Of a stretch of DNA of 64,000 nucleotides, positions 1 through 10,108 are shown in pieces. This stretch comes from a bacterium. Lineage in GTDB: Bacteria > UBA8248. The stretch lies in the NCBI GenBank assembly GCA_965219955.1, contig OZ244799.1:2112001-2176000 (forward strand), in the 5' to 3' direction. Every line of letters begins with the position of its first letter. Positions within the stretch are counted from its first letter, which is position 1. The position numbers and the translations under genes are program-made. Under the pieces are notes generated by a model, which searched no databases, was not told the origin of the DNA, and was given only the letters and a program-made list of their open reading frames with translations.

Positions 1-328
1 GGTCGTTCACCGTGCTCTTGCGGCCCAGGGTCAGGCGGTTCTTCTCGTCCTGAATGTCGTGGAGCGCCTTCCAGAAGTGGACCCGCATGCCCTCGCTTCC
101 GAGGCCGGGGATTTTCCGGAAGATGAGCTTCACGTGGACGACGGGAATCCCGTGGCTTCTGGCGAAACCGAGGACTTCCTCCGCTGCGCTGATGACGCTC
201 TCGCAATCCTCGTCACTCGCCGGCATGGTGGCGACTTCGGGGTCCAGGTGCCCCCGGTGCATGTCGATGGTTACGATGGTGGTTTCCTTCGGATCGAGCG
301 ATATCATTTCCTTCAGCTGATCCGTCAT
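1..328 (-). CDS. Isochorismatase/cysteine hydrolase family protein (3' end runs off window)
   Basis: Manual translation from ATG 328: MTDQLKEMISLDPKETTIVTIDMHRGHLDP...ARSHGIPVVHV, matching the isochorismatase N-terminal 'lvIDmQ' and 'r..giPVvhv' pattern. Absent from the ORF track because it is truncated. Confidence 0.75.
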   Translation of the reverse strand, partial: MTDQLKEMISLDPKETTIVTIDMHRGHLDPEVATMPASDEDCESVISAAEEVLGFARSHGIPVVHVKLIFRKIPGLGSEGMRVHFWKALHDIQDEKNRLTLGRKSTVND

Positions 329-581
329 TTCCGAGCGATCGAGAATCTCTACTTGTTGCGCGCACATGGCTTCACCCCTCTTTGAGAAAAGATGGACAGG
401 TTCCTGTTGAATGCTCATAGCATAGTACATATCGCCGGGATTGAAAACGGGGGATTGGGGCGGACTTTCGGGGCAAGAACGCGCTCAGCTTGGTATCCCT
501 TACGTTCGGTAGTATCATCCTGAATCGGATGAGGAGCGTCACTCCACCCAAGATGGCACTGACTCGATTGGCTACGCAAGG

Positions 582-1730
582 ATGAGCGAAATGCTGAAGT
601 TCACCAAATTGCGCCTGAAGAACTGGAAGAACTTCAAGAACGTGGAAATCGACCTCCAAAACCGCATGTTCCTCGTCGGCCCCAACGCCTCGGGGAAATC
701 CAATCTCCTGGACGCTTTCCGCTTCCTGCGCGATCTCGCCTCATCAGGCGGCGGCTTCGAAGAGGCCGTAAATCGGCGAGGTGGAATGAACGCCATTCGC
801 TGCCTGGCGGCGCGAAAAAAACCGGACGTCGAGATCGGCGTCGAGCTTCAAGAAGTCGAAGGACATCGCTGGAAGTATGAACTCGCCTTCCACCAGGACA
901 ACCGACGCCGACCGCTGGTGCGCAAAGAACGTATTTGGCAAGACGACGAAGCGATCATTGACCGGCCAAACAAAGAAGATTGCAAAGATACTCAACGCCT
1001 GACGCAGACCTACCTCGAACAAGTGAATATGAATCAGCCGTTTCGAGATTTGGTTACTTTCTTTGCATCCATCCGCTACTTGCACATCGTGCCGCAAATC
1101 CTGCGCGAACCGGATCGGGCGCAAGGACACTCGAACGATCCTTTCGGCGGCGATTTCCTGGAGCAGATTGCGAATACGAGAAAACAGACCCAAAACGCAC
1201 GAATGAAAAGGATTCAGACTGCGCTTCGCGTGGCGGTGCCGCAACTCGAGGAGATTGAATTGACGCGCGATGAGCGCGGGACGCCCCATTTGCGCGGGAA
1301 ATACCGGCATTGGCGTCCTCACGGCGCATGGCAAAACGAGGAACAATTCTCGGACGGCACGCTGCGCCTGATCGGACTGCTCTGGGCGGCCCTGGAGACG
1401 GGCGGTCCGCTGCTGCTCGAGGAGCCGGAGTTGTCACTCCATCCGGAAATCGTGCGCATGCTTCCGCAAATGCTGGCGCGCGTTCAACGCCGCACCGGAA
1501 GGCAGATATTCATGAGCACGCATTCGCCGGAGTTGTTGCACGATGAGGGGATCGGTCTCGACGAGACGCTCCTGTTCCTTCCCAGGAAAGAAGGCACCGA
1601 GGTGGAACCCGCATCATGTGATGCCGATATCCCACACCTGTTGGAAAGCGGACTCCAACTCAATGATATCGTGCTCCCCAAGACGCGCCCTGCAAACGCT
1701 ACAGAGTTGTTCATGATCGCGGATGCGTGA
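582..1730 (+). CDS. ABC/SMC-type ATPase (AAA_21-like)
   Basis: Walker A GPNASGKSN, signature FSDGTLR, Walker B LLLEEPE, H-loop STHS; N-terminal 'LKNWKNF' typical of the SMC/RecF/OLD class. Confidence 0.9.
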   Translation: MSEMLKFTKLRLKNWKNFKNVEIDLQNRMFLVGPNASGKSNLLDAFRFLRDLASSGGGFEEAVNRRGGMNAIRCLAARKKPDVEIGVELQEVEGHRWKYELAFHQDNRRRPLVRKERIWQDDEAIIDRPNKEDCKDTQRLTQTYLEQVNMNQPFRDLVTFFASIRYLHIVPQILREPDRAQGHSNDPFGGDFLEQIANTRKQTQNARMKRIQTALRVAVPQLEEIELTRDERGTPHLRGKYRHWRPHGAWQNEEQFSDGTLRLIGLLWAALETGGPLLLEEPELSLHPEIVRMLPQMLARVQRRTGRQIFMSTHSPELLHDEGIGLDETLLFLPRKEGTEVEPASCDADIPHLLESGLQLNDIVLPKTRPANATELFMIADA

Positions 1731-2343
1731 AGCGTTGGCGGTTCCGGTAATCAAAGCCGCGGTTGAAGGAATCGTGGACGAAGCGGTCGTGAAAAAGCTC
1801 GTTGCGCACATCGGCGGTGCGACGAGCGGTATATACGGACGAAAAGGCAAACCTTTCCTGCGCACAAAGATCGGCGGCTACAACAACGATTCCCGGACAC
1901 GTCATACGCCATGGCTCGTGCTGGTCGATCTCGATAATGAAGCAGACTGCGCGCCTTCTATGCGCGACGGGTGGCTGCCCGACCCCGCAGATAATTTTTG
2001 CTTCCGAATCGCCGTCCGTGAGGTCGAGGCCTGGTTGATGGCGGACGCCGAAACTCTCTCTGGCTATCTAAGCGTGTCCATGAACCGGATACCCCGGATA
2101 CCCGAAAGCCTCGCTCAACCGAAGAACGAGATGGTCAATCTGGGACGCCGCTCACGCCGGAGGACTATTCGCGAGGATATGGCTCCTCGTCAGGAAAGCG
2201 GTCGCCGCGTGGGACCCGCCTATGCGTCGCGGCTCATCGAGTACGTCAATAACGAATGGCGCCCCGAAGTCGCCGCCAATCACTCGGACAGCCTGCGCCG
2301 GGCGATCATTTGCCTGAAGCGACTCGTGCAGACTACATCCTGA
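1723..2343 (+). CDS. DUF4276-like / TOPRIM-like protein coupled to the ATPase
   Basis: Overlaps the ATPase stop. Motifs VEGIVDE, LVDLD (DxD) and VREVEAWLMAD. Confidence 0.7.
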   Translation: MREALAVPVIKAAVEGIVDEAVVKKLVAHIGGATSGIYGRKGKPFLRTKIGGYNNDSRTRHTPWLVLVDLDNEADCAPSMRDGWLPDPADNFCFRIAVREVEAWLMADAETLSGYLSVSMNRIPRIPESLAQPKNEMVNLGRRSRRRTIREDMAPRQESGRRVGPAYASRLIEYVNNEWRPEVAANHSDSLRRAIICLKRLVQTTS

Positions 2344-2380
2344 TTCGGTTTTCCAAGCGGAATAAACCCGGTTTTTCACG

Positions 2381-2409
2381 AAAAAAGGCTCCCCGCGCGG
2401 GGGAGCCTT
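2381..2409 (-). terminator. Rho-independent terminator after sdhB
   Basis: AAGGCTCCCC-gcgcg-GGGGAGCCTT hairpin with A6 on + (U-tract on -), between convergent genes. Confidence 0.8.
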
Positions 2410-2434
2410 ATCACAACTGACTGACAAGTAAGGC

Positions 2435-3181
2435 TTATTCGCCTCTCACCGTCGCGCGGATGAACTCGCGGTTCATCTTGGCGATGTGGCTGATGCTGAT
2501 GTCCTTGGGGCACATGGCCTCGCACTCGGCGTGGTTGGTGCAGTTGCCGAAACCCTCTTCATCCATCCTGGCGACCATGCTGAGCACCCGCTGCCCCCGC
2601 TCGGGCACCCCTTGCGGCAGGTGCGCCAGATGGGAGACCTTCGCCGCGACGAAGAGCATGGCCGAGCCGTTCGGGCACGACGCCGCGCAGGCGCCGCAGC
2701 CGATGCAGGCGGCCGCGTCCATGGCCGCATCCGCGTCGGGCTTGGGAATGGGGACCGCGTTGCCGTCCGGCGCGCCGCCCGTGTTCGCGGAGATGAACCC
2801 GCCCGCCTGGATGATGCGGTCGAACGAGGTGCGATCCACCACCAAGTCCTTCAAGACCGGGAAGGCGCTCGCCCGCCAGGGCTCGACCGTGATGGTGTCG
2901 CCGTCGTTGAATTTTCTCATGTGGAGCTGGCAGGTGGTCGTTCCGGAGAAACCCCCGTGCGCTCTTCCGTTGATGACGAGCGAGCACGCGCCGCAGATTC
3001 CCTCGCGGCAATCGTGATCGAAGGCGATGGGTTCCTTGCCCTCCTCGATGAGACGCTCGTTCGTCACGTCGAGCATTTCCAGGAAAGACATGTCCGGGAT
3101 GATGCCGCTCACCTGATAGGTCTCCAGCGTTCCCGTAGACTGCCCGTCTTTTTGCCGCCATACCCTGAGGGTGAGGTCCAT
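2435..3181 (-). CDS. sdhB: Succinate dehydrogenase/fumarate reductase Fe-S subunit
   Basis: CREGICGAC [2Fe-2S] motif; [12 protein letters not shown] and [12 protein letters not shown] clusters; operon context. Confidence 0.95.
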   Translation of the reverse strand: MDLTLRVWRQKDGQSTGTLETYQVSGIIPDMSFLEMLDVTNERLIEEGKEPIAFDHDCREGICGACSLVINGRAHGGFSGTTTCQLHMRKFNDGDTITVEPWRASAFPVLKDLVVDRTSFDRIIQAGGFISANTGGAPDGNAVPIPKPDADAAMDAAACIGCGACAASCPNGSAMLFVAAKVSHLAHLPQGVPERGQRVLSMVARMDEEGFGNCTNHAECEAMCPKDISISHIAKMNREFIRATVRGE

Positions 3182-5106
3182 TACTTGTAACTCCTCACGC
3201 TGAATTCAACTTCCTCGAATTCGAGATTTTCCTTGTGCAGTATCGGTCGTCCGCCGTTGCGCGGCGCCTCCCACGCGCTCACGTGGCTGAAATGCTCATC
3301 GTCACGAAGGGCTTCTCCCTCTTCGGTCTGATATTCCTCCCGGAAGTGTCCGCCGCAGGATTCCTCGCGCACGAGCGCGTCGTAGCACATGAGTTCCGCG
3401 AATTCGAGGAAATCGGCCACGCGCAGCGCCTTCTCCAGTTCGGGGTTCAGTTCGTCGCCGCCTCCGGGCACGGAGACGTTCTCCCAGAACTCCTCCTTCA
3501 GCGCGGGAATCAGGTCGAGCGCTTTCTTCAGGCTCTGGTCGGTGCGGGCCATTCCGCAGTAGTCCCAGCAAATCATGCCCAGTTCGCGGTGGAACGAGGT
3601 CACCGTGCGCTTGCCGTCGATGGAGAGAACCCTGTGGATTCTGTCCTTCACGTCGTCGGCGGCTTGCGTGAATTCCGAAGAATCAGCGGAATAATCGCCG
3701 GGCGTCAGGCTCGCGAGGTAGTTCCCCACCGTGTAGGGCGCGACGAAGTAGCCGTCGGCCAGCCCCTGCATGAGGGCGCTCGCACCCAGGCGGTTAGCAC
3801 CATGGTCCGAGAAATTCGACTCCCCCAGCACGAACAGGCCGGGGATGTTGCTCATGAGGTTGTAGTCGACCCACAGCCCGCCCATGGTGTAGTGGATGGC
3901 CGGGTAGATGCGCATGGGCACTTCGTAGGCGTTCTCGCCCGTTATCTTCTCGTACATGTCGAAGAGATTGCCGTAGCGCTGCTGCACCACGGGCAGGCTG
4001 AGGCGCTTGATGGCGTCCGTGAAATCGAGATAGACGCCCAGGCCCGTATCGCCCACGCCGCGCCCCTCGTCGCACGCCCTTTTCGCCGCGCGCGAGGCGA
4101 TGTCGCGAGGCGCGAGGTTCCCGAAGCTCGGGTACATGCGCTCTAAATAATAATCGCGCTCGTCCTCGGGAATCTGGGCGGGACCGCGCGGGTCGCCCTC
4201 TTTCGTCGGCACCCAGATGCGCCCGTCGTTTCTGAGCGATTCGGACATGAGCGTGAGCTTCGACTGGTGATCCCCCGAAACCGGGATGCAGGTGGGGTGG
4301 ATCTGCGTGTAGCAGGGGTTCGCGAAATAAGCGCCCTTCATGTACGCGCGTATCGAGGCGGTGACGTTGTTCCCCATGGCGTTCGTCGAGAGGTAGAACA
4401 CGGGGCCGTAACCGCCCGTCGCCATGATGACCACGTCCGCCGCGTGTTTCTCGATCTCCCCGGTCACGAGGTTTCTCGTGACGATGCCCTTCGCCTGCCC
4501 GTCGACCAGGACGACTTCGAGCATCTCGGTGCGCGAGTGCATCTTCACCGTGCCCGCCGCGACTTGGCGGCTCAGGGCCGCGTATACGCCCAGAAGAAGC
4601 TGCTGGCCCGTCTGGCCCCGGGCGTAGAAGGTTCTCGACACCTGCGCGCCGCCGAAGGAGCGGTTCGCGAGCTGCCCGCCGTATTCGCGCGCGAAGGGCA
4701 CGCCCATGGCGACGCACTGGTCGATGATGTTGGCGCTCACCTGCGCCAGGCGGTACACGTTCGACTCGCGGGAGCGGAAATCGCCCCCCTTGATGGTGTC
4801 GTAGAAGAGCCTGTAGGTGCTGTCGCCGTCGTTCTGGTAGTTCTTGGCGGCGTTGATCCCGCCCTGGGCCGCGATGGAGTGCGCCCGGCGGGGACTGTCC
4901 TGATAGCAGAAGCAATCCACGTTGTAGCCCAACTCGCCCAGCGTGGCCGCGGCGCCCCCTCCCGCCAGCCCCGAACCCACCACGATAATCTTGTAGCGGC
5001 GTCTGTTGGCCGGATTCACGAGCTTCATGTTGAAGCGGTGATTGTCCCACTTCTCCGCCAGGGGACCTGCGGGGACGTTTCCGTTCAGGCTGCCGTTCGT
5101 ATCCAT
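3181..5106 (-). CDS. sdhA: Succinate dehydrogenase/fumarate reductase flavoprotein subunit
   Basis: GSGLAG FAD motif, [13 protein letters not shown] covalent-FAD His, QIHPT, HYTMGG, HGANRLG. Confidence 0.95.
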   Translation of the reverse strand: MDTNGSLNGNVPAGPLAEKWDNHRFNMKLVNPANRRRYKIIVVGSGLAGGGAAATLGELGYNVDCFCYQDSPRRAHSIAAQGGINAAKNYQNDGDSTYRLFYDTIKGGDFRSRESNVYRLAQVSANIIDQCVAMGVPFAREYGGQLANRSFGGAQVSRTFYARGQTGQQLLLGVYAALSRQVAAGTVKMHSRTEMLEVVLVDGQAKGIVTRNLVTGEIEKHAADVVIMATGGYGPVFYLSTNAMGNNVTASIRAYMKGAYFANPCYTQIHPTCIPVSGDHQSKLTLMSESLRNDGRIWVPTKEGDPRGPAQIPEDERDYYLERMYPSFGNLAPRDIASRAAKRACDEGRGVGDTGLGVYLDFTDAIKRLSLPVVQQRYGNLFDMYEKITGENAYEVPMRIYPAIHYTMGGLWVDYNLMSNIPGLFVLGESNFSDHGANRLGASALMQGLADGYFVAPYTVGNYLASLTPGDYSADSSEFTQAADDVKDRIHRVLSIDGKRTVTSFHRELGMICWDYCGMARTDQSLKKALDLIPALKEEFWENVSVPGGGDELNPELEKALRVADFLEFAELMCYDALVREESCGGHFREEYQTEEGEALRDDEHFSHVSAWEAPRNGGRPILHKENLEFEEVEFSVRSYK

Positions 5107-5130
5107 ACCCTTCTCCTCACCAAGGGAGAA

Positions 5131-5808
5131 CTATTTCAACACACCCGCCAAGACGGCCAGCGGAATCGCCATGAAGCCGGCCGCGACGATCACGCCGCTC
5201 CAGGGGCCCAGCCGCTTGATCAAAGGGTTGTAAGAGGGATTGTTGATCCCCAGCGACTGGAACAGGCTCGTTACGCCGTGGCTCAGGTGAAGCCCCAGGA
5301 GAATCATCGAAACCAGATAAACGCCCGACACCGCGGTGTTCCCGAAGCCCAGAACCACCATCTTGTATACGTCGTGGCGGCCCTGCGCATCGTGCAACTG
5401 GGCGAACTCGGGATTCGTGGCGAACAGCGTGAAATGAAGCAGGTGGTAGGCGGCGAAAGCCAGCACCAGGAGGCCCGTCAACACGATGGAGCGGCCCGCA
5501 TAGGTGACCATCGTGGATTCGGAGACGGCGTAGGTCTGAGGCCGGGCCGCCTGATTCATGCGCCAGAGGCGCAGGGCCGAGCCGATGTGCACCAGGAACA
5601 CGACAAGAAGCCCTATGCGCGCCACCCACAGCAGTGCGCCCAGATCCTTGAGCCCCTTCGCGTAGGCGTTCGTCGCCTCGGGGCCTGCGAACATCAACAG
5701 GTTGCCGAGCATGTGGGCGATGATGAACAGGACCAGAAGAATGCCGGTGACGGCCATGGCGACTTTCGCGCCGATGGATGATTGCAGGACTTTCGCGAAC
5801 CTGCCCAT
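5131..5808 (-). CDS. sdhC: Succinate dehydrogenase cytochrome b subunit (single-anchor type)
   Basis: Five hydrophobic segments, heme His residues (AHMLGN, LVHI, YHLLHF, LHLSHG); first gene of sdhCAB; GGAG RBS. Confidence 0.9.
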   Translation of the reverse strand: MGRFAKVLQSSIGAKVAMAVTGILLVLFIIAHMLGNLLMFAGPEATNAYAKGLKDLGALLWVARIGLLVVFLVHIGSALRLWRMNQAARPQTYAVSESTMVTYAGRSIVLTGLLVLAFAAYHLLHFTLFATNPEFAQLHDAQGRHDVYKMVVLGFGNTAVSGVYLVSMILLGLHLSHGVTSLFQSLGINNPSYNPLIKRLGPWSGVIVAAGFMAIPLAVLAGVLK

Positions 5809-6017
5809 CAAATTGCTCCCCCAAAAGCAAAAAATCTCGAAATCGAGAGGGTTGATTCGTCTAATCGGGTGGCAATGTATAGTTTCGGGCGCAGGCGGTC
5901 AACCGCATTTCGGAAATTCCTCTTTTTTCATCAGACCCCGTTTCACCCCGTGGCTTATCGGCGTTTTTTGCGATATTTTAGGCTTGGAATTACTCCAAAT
6001 ATCCTGCAACCCACCCG

Positions 6018-7061
6018 ATGAGGGACCCTCAAATGCTGAACGGCGACGTCTTCGTTTTCGACAACGTGGTGCACATGTACGACCTCTCGGACGAGAACCT
6101 CGCCCGCCCGGACAGCGGACTCGATCGCCTCTGGCACCTGCGTATCGGCAAGGGAAGACGCCCCGCGGGCCAGGAGGACGTCTACGCGGGCGGAGACGCA
6201 ATCGGCGGGTTCGCCAGGAAATGGACCTGCGATGAGCTCGGCAGGCTGGTCTTCGAGGATTCCGGGACCGACATGGCGATGGCGCAGGCGGTCGTGCTCT
6301 ACGACGTCTACAAGGAGGGCTTCTCCCCCGTTCAGGCGCAATACGAATTCGCATGCGCGAACCCCGAGCGCGTCTTGTTCTGCGGCGGGGTGGACCCCAA
6401 GTATCCGAGCGTCGAGGGCGCGCTCGAAGAACTCGAACGCCAGGTGACGGAGATGGGCGCGCGCTCGATGAAGTTCTACAACGCCCACATCGACGGGAAC
6501 TCCTGGCGGTGCGACGACCCCGAACTCGCCTATCCGATATACGAGAAAGGGCGCGAGCTGGGGCTCAACGTGTTCCAGTACCACAAGGGCTTTCCCATCA
6601 CCCGAGCGCGGCTGGAGGATTTGACGCCGCTCGACATCCAGCAGGCGGCCATGGATTTCCCCGACCTCACCTTCGCCATCCACCACCTGGCGCTCCCCTA
6701 CTTCGAGGAGTGCGTCTACATCGCGGCGCGTTTCGAGAACGTCGTGCTCGTCCTCTCGGGCACGATGCACCTGCCTCTCGTCGCGCCCTGGCAGTTCAAG
6801 GAATACATGGGCAGGCTGCTCCGGGACGTGGGCTCGGAGCGAATCCTCTGGGGTTCGGAAGCGCCCCTTCTGGGCAATCCCCAGCCCATGATCGAGTGGT
6901 TCTGGGAGATGGAGATCGACGAGGAACTCCAGGAGCGCTACGGCTATCCCCCCATCACGGAGCAGGACAAGCGCAACATCCTGGGCGAGAACCAGGCGAG
7001 GCTCTTCGGGATCGACATGGAGACGAAGAAAAAAGAACTCGGCAGGGCCGGGGGTTGTTGA
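6018..7061 (+). CDS. Amidohydrolase_2 family protein
   Basis: DNVVH, YHKG, IHH, WGSE motifs and 'KRNILGENQARLFGI' tail. Alternative start 6033. Stop codon lies inside a repeat TIR. Confidence 0.85.
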   Translation: MRDPQMLNGDVFVFDNVVHMYDLSDENLARPDSGLDRLWHLRIGKGRRPAGQEDVYAGGDAIGGFARKWTCDELGRLVFEDSGTDMAMAQAVVLYDVYKEGFSPVQAQYEFACANPERVLFCGGVDPKYPSVEGALEELERQVTEMGARSMKFYNAHIDGNSWRCDDPELAYPIYEKGRELGLNVFQYHKGFPITRARLEDLTPLDIQQAAMDFPDLTFAIHHLALPYFEECVYIAARFENVVLVLSGTMHLPLVAPWQFKEYMGRLLRDVGSERILWGSEAPLLGNPQPMIEWFWEMEIDEELQERYGYPPITEQDKRNILGENQARLFGIDMETKKKELGRAGGC

Positions 7062-7440
7062 AAAAGTCCTGCTTCGCTTGAGATTGACCTTCGCTTTTGT
7101 TCGTCATTCCGGCGAAAGCCGGAATCCATTTTCGCCTTTGTCTTTGGCTTTTCGCCCAGCCGTCCTCTCTCCCGACCGGGGAAGATATGAACGCCGCCAT
7201 ATATATCCGCCTCATCCGTTCCGGATTCGGGAGCGGCGTTCCCTTCCGCGAGTCGGAGTCAAATGCGAAAACGAAAATCAAAAAAATGGATTCCGGCTTT
7301 CGCCGGAATGACGGTGGTTTTCCCGCATCGAGGAGACTTTTCAACGACCCCGACAAGGGGGGTAGGGGGGGTTGCTTTTATGGGATTTCCCTTTCAAGGG
7401 GGTTGCCATCACCCTCTCAGGGAGTTTTTCAACAGGCCCC
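7051..7440. mobile_element. TIR-bounded composite repeat cluster 1
   Basis: GGGGTTGTTGAAAAA at 7051; right-end TIRs at about 7338-7351 and 7425-7440; inverted pair of CGTCATTCCGGCGAAAGCCGGAATCCA (7102-7128 / 7287-7313); GACAAGGGGGGTAGGGGGG unit. Confidence 0.75.
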
Positions 7441-7584
7441 CAAAAGGCGGTCAGTCCAATCCTCCGGACCACCTCAGGGCGCCGTGTGCTCATCGCCGGA
7501 GGACGCCACATCGATACTGGCCAGGACCTGGCCGTTCTCGCCGTTGCCCGTTGCAAACCTTGCGCTCCAACCGAACCGGCGAGC

Positions 7585-7989
7585 TCAACCGCAATGGACC
7601 TGAACCACCCGCCCATCGGTGCCAACTTCGATGTTGAGCCGTTCAGTCCGGATATCCTTCGTAAGCGCGCGACGCATCCAAACCTGCCCGTCATCGCCGA
7701 CAACGACGTAAGTGATCCGGTTACCGACGATCCCGTATATCCGAAACGGCATCGGCACCACGCCGACCTTTTCGACAGGCTGCCCCATCATCGCCTTGAA
7801 CTCCGCCACTGCGCAAATGCGTCTTGTTGCAACCGCGGGCATGTCAGCCACAGATATCCCGTTCGTGCCGCTAGACGGGAAGGCGCTGCTCGTCGCTTCC
7901 GCCCAAGAGATCGAAATACACACGACCAAGGTCGCAAAACCGAGGACACATACGGCCAGGAGGAAAGTCCTTGAAAGAAGCTTCATCAT
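7585..7989 (-). CDS. Secreted protein with peptidase inhibitor I78-like C-terminus
   Basis: Hydrophobic N-terminal signal; C-terminus TKDIRTERLNIEVGTDGRVVQVHCG resembles the I78 T.D.R..RLN...D..G.V..V.CG pattern. Confidence 0.6.
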   Translation of the reverse strand: MMKLLSRTFLLAVCVLGFATLVVCISISWAEATSSAFPSSGTNGISVADMPAVATRRICAVAEFKAMMGQPVEKVGVVPMPFRIYGIVGNRITYVVVGDDGQVWMRRALTKDIRTERLNIEVGTDGRVVQVHCG

Positions 7990-8230
7990 GTTACCCCCTG
8001 TTTCAGAAATACAGCCTTGCCTGCCCCAAGGGCCACGGTGGACGACGGCCCTATGGCGACACGTCCGCTGAACCACCGACTCCTGCCTTCTTCAGTCTCA
8101 CCGAAAGCGTAGCGCAAGCGCCCCGGATGCACCACAGAGTCCATAATGGCGTACGTCAATGGGACAAACGAGTCTCCGGCATCCGGGGAACACGGCAGTA
8201 CTCCGAACAAGTAACGAGTAACCTCGATGC

Positions 8231-8397
8231 AACCTTGCCGCCAGGACCGACATCGCCAAAGTTGAGGCCGGCATGGAAGCCCTGCGACAGGAAACCAGAG
8301 CCGGTATCAAGGCGGTGTAGGCGGATATTCTGAAATGACTGTTCGGAGCGCTGATCACCCAAGGCGGCCTGATCGCAACCCTGGTCAAGCTGCCGCA
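8231..8397 (+). pseudogene. DUF1640/CCDC90-like coiled-coil gene remnant
   Basis: Reads NLAARTDIAKVEAGMEALRQETRAGIKAV*ADILK*LFGALITQGGLIATLVKL, with in-frame stops at 8318 (TAG) and 8336 (TGA where W is expected); 5' part missing. Confidence 0.65.
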
Positions 8398-8471
8398 GCG
8401 CCGCCCGTGCCAACGTGCCGTACATGGTGCGGTTTCCCCGGTGATTTTAGCTGAACAATTCCTCCCTCATC

Positions 8472-8847
8472 AGGGCTGTTGAAAAAGCTGGCGTACGTTA
8501 TCTCTGGCGCTCTCTCCTTCAAAGAGAGTTTCAAATCACTCCCCCCTTGAGGGGGAGTCGAAGAGCTAAGGGCGTAAGCCCGCAAGCGATTCGGTGGGGG
8601 GTATAATTTGGAATGGCGATAAAACGAGATTCACCCCCCACCGATTCAGCCTTCGCACAAACCGCTCGGCTTCATCGACTCCCCCTCAAGGGGGGAGTGG
8701 TTCTTCCTCTCTGGTAGGTTGTGCCCGACCCTCAAGGGGGGAGCAATTTTTTCTCTCATCCATTGGCAATGCTGTTCAAGAGCGATGTAAGCAGCCCTGC
8801 CCGTAGGGAGTGAGTTCCGAGCGGTAATGGCCTTTTTCAACAGCCCC
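8472..8847. mobile_element. TIR-bounded composite repeat cluster 2
   Basis: AGGGCTGTTGAAAAAG ... CTTTTTCAACAGCCCC; contains a ~160-bp CACTCCCCCCTTGAGGGGGAGTCGA...TCGACTCCCCCTCAAGGGGGGAGTG multi-hairpin unit. Confidence 0.8.
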
Positions 8848-8977
8848 GAGCCGGGCGGCGCGGCGGTCGATTTCACGGGGTTTCGGATTGACCCTCATCG
8901 TTTTCTGAGCGAGGATGAGCCGGACGAAAAAACTATTTTCAGATGCCTCCGGGCGAACAGGAAATGGAGGATTTTCC

Positions 8978-10108
8978 ATGCAACCACCCTATGACGGTGA
9001 AAAACTCGACCGCCTCATGCAGGACGCAGGGGTCGATCTCGTTCTGGCGAATACGCGGGAGAACGTGCGTTATCTGTGCGGCGGCTACTACTTCCACTTT
9101 CACGAGAGGTTCACGGCCTTGGGGCGCGGCCAGTACATGGCGCTGGCGGGCATTCCTCGCGGCGACGCCGGAAAATCGTTCCTGATCGGCGGCGGCGGGG
9201 AGATCGGCCAGGCGCAGGACCAGAACCTCTGGGTTCCCGAACTCATCCCCTCGGGCAGATATCCGGCGGAAGCCGCGGCGAACGCCGCGAACGCCATCTC
9301 GGCGCGCGGGCTGGGGAGCGGAACCATCGCCGTTGAGGGCAACTTCCTGCCCGCCGTCGCCAAGGATACGCTCTTGAGCGAACTGCCGAACGCGACCTTC
9401 GTCGAAGCGCTGCCGATTCTGGAGGAGCTTCGCGCCATCAAGACGCCCGAGGAGATCGATATCTACCGGCGCATCTCCCAGGCGGACGCGGAAGCCATTC
9501 GCGACGCTTTCGAGACCGCCAAGCCCGGCGCCACCACGCGCGATGTCGCCCACGCCGTGGAGCGGGGCATGACGGACAGGGGCCTCCACTTCCTGTGGGT
9601 CTTCGCCGCGGCGGGGCCGGGCATGCTGCGCGCCCCATCCGGGAAGGTGTGGGAAAAGGGCGAGGTGCTGCATCTGGACGCGGGCGGCTCCCAGTCCGAC
9701 TACCTGACCGACATCTGCCGCATGGGCGTGCGCGGCGAGCCCACGCCGCTTGCGGACGAGCTCTACAAGGCCTGTCTCGGCACGCAGGATCACGTGCGCG
9801 CCGAGATTCGCGCAGGCGCGGTGTGCGGCGACATCTACGAGAAGGGCACGGCGTATCTCAAGAACACCGAGCACGGGGAATACGGCAACTTCATCATCCA
9901 CGGCATCGGCATGGTCTCGCACGAGCAGCCCTATTTCGGCCCCGGCGTCGAGAGAGCGCTCGAAGAGGGCATGGTGGTGTCGATTGAGACCGACATCCGC
10001 CACCCCGAGGTGGGCTACGTGAAGGTGGAAGACGCCGTGGCGGTGACGGCGGACGGCTACGAGCCTCTGGGCGACCTGGGGCGTGAGGACTGGGTGGTCG
10101 TCGACTGA
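8978..10108 (+). CDS. M24 family (Xaa-Pro peptidase/creatinase-like) metallohydrolase
   Basis: LRAIKTPEEI linker; ligands D..D (LDAGG, LTDICR), HGIG, HE, SIE, VED; GGAGGA RBS before ATG 8978. Confidence 0.9.
   Translation: MQPPYDGEKLDRLMQDAGVDLVLANTRENVRYLCGGYYFHFHERFTALGRGQYMALAGIPRGDAGKSFLIGGGGEIGQAQDQNLWVPELIPSGRYPAEAAANAANAISARGLGSGTIAVEGNFLPAVAKDTLLSELPNATFVEALPILEELRAIKTPEEIDIYRRISQADAEAIRDAFETAKPGATTRDVAHAVERGMTDRGLHFLWVFAAAGPGMLRAPSGKVWEKGEVLHLDAGGSQSDYLTDICRMGVRGEPTPLADELYKACLGTQDHVRAEIRAGAVCGDIYEKGTAYLKNTEHGEYGNFIIHGIGMVSHEQPYFGPGVERALEEGMVVSIETDIRHPEVGYVKVEDAVAVTADGYEPLGDLGREDWVVVD

Noticed and set aside
7078-7637. ORFs with VIPAKAGIH / MDSGFRRND / SPLEGES / GTGRDLSL peptides (also 25260-26738, 29722-31215, 47494-48285, 58115-59053)
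   Set aside because: These are translations of the palindromic repeats or shadows of real genes, not independent proteins.
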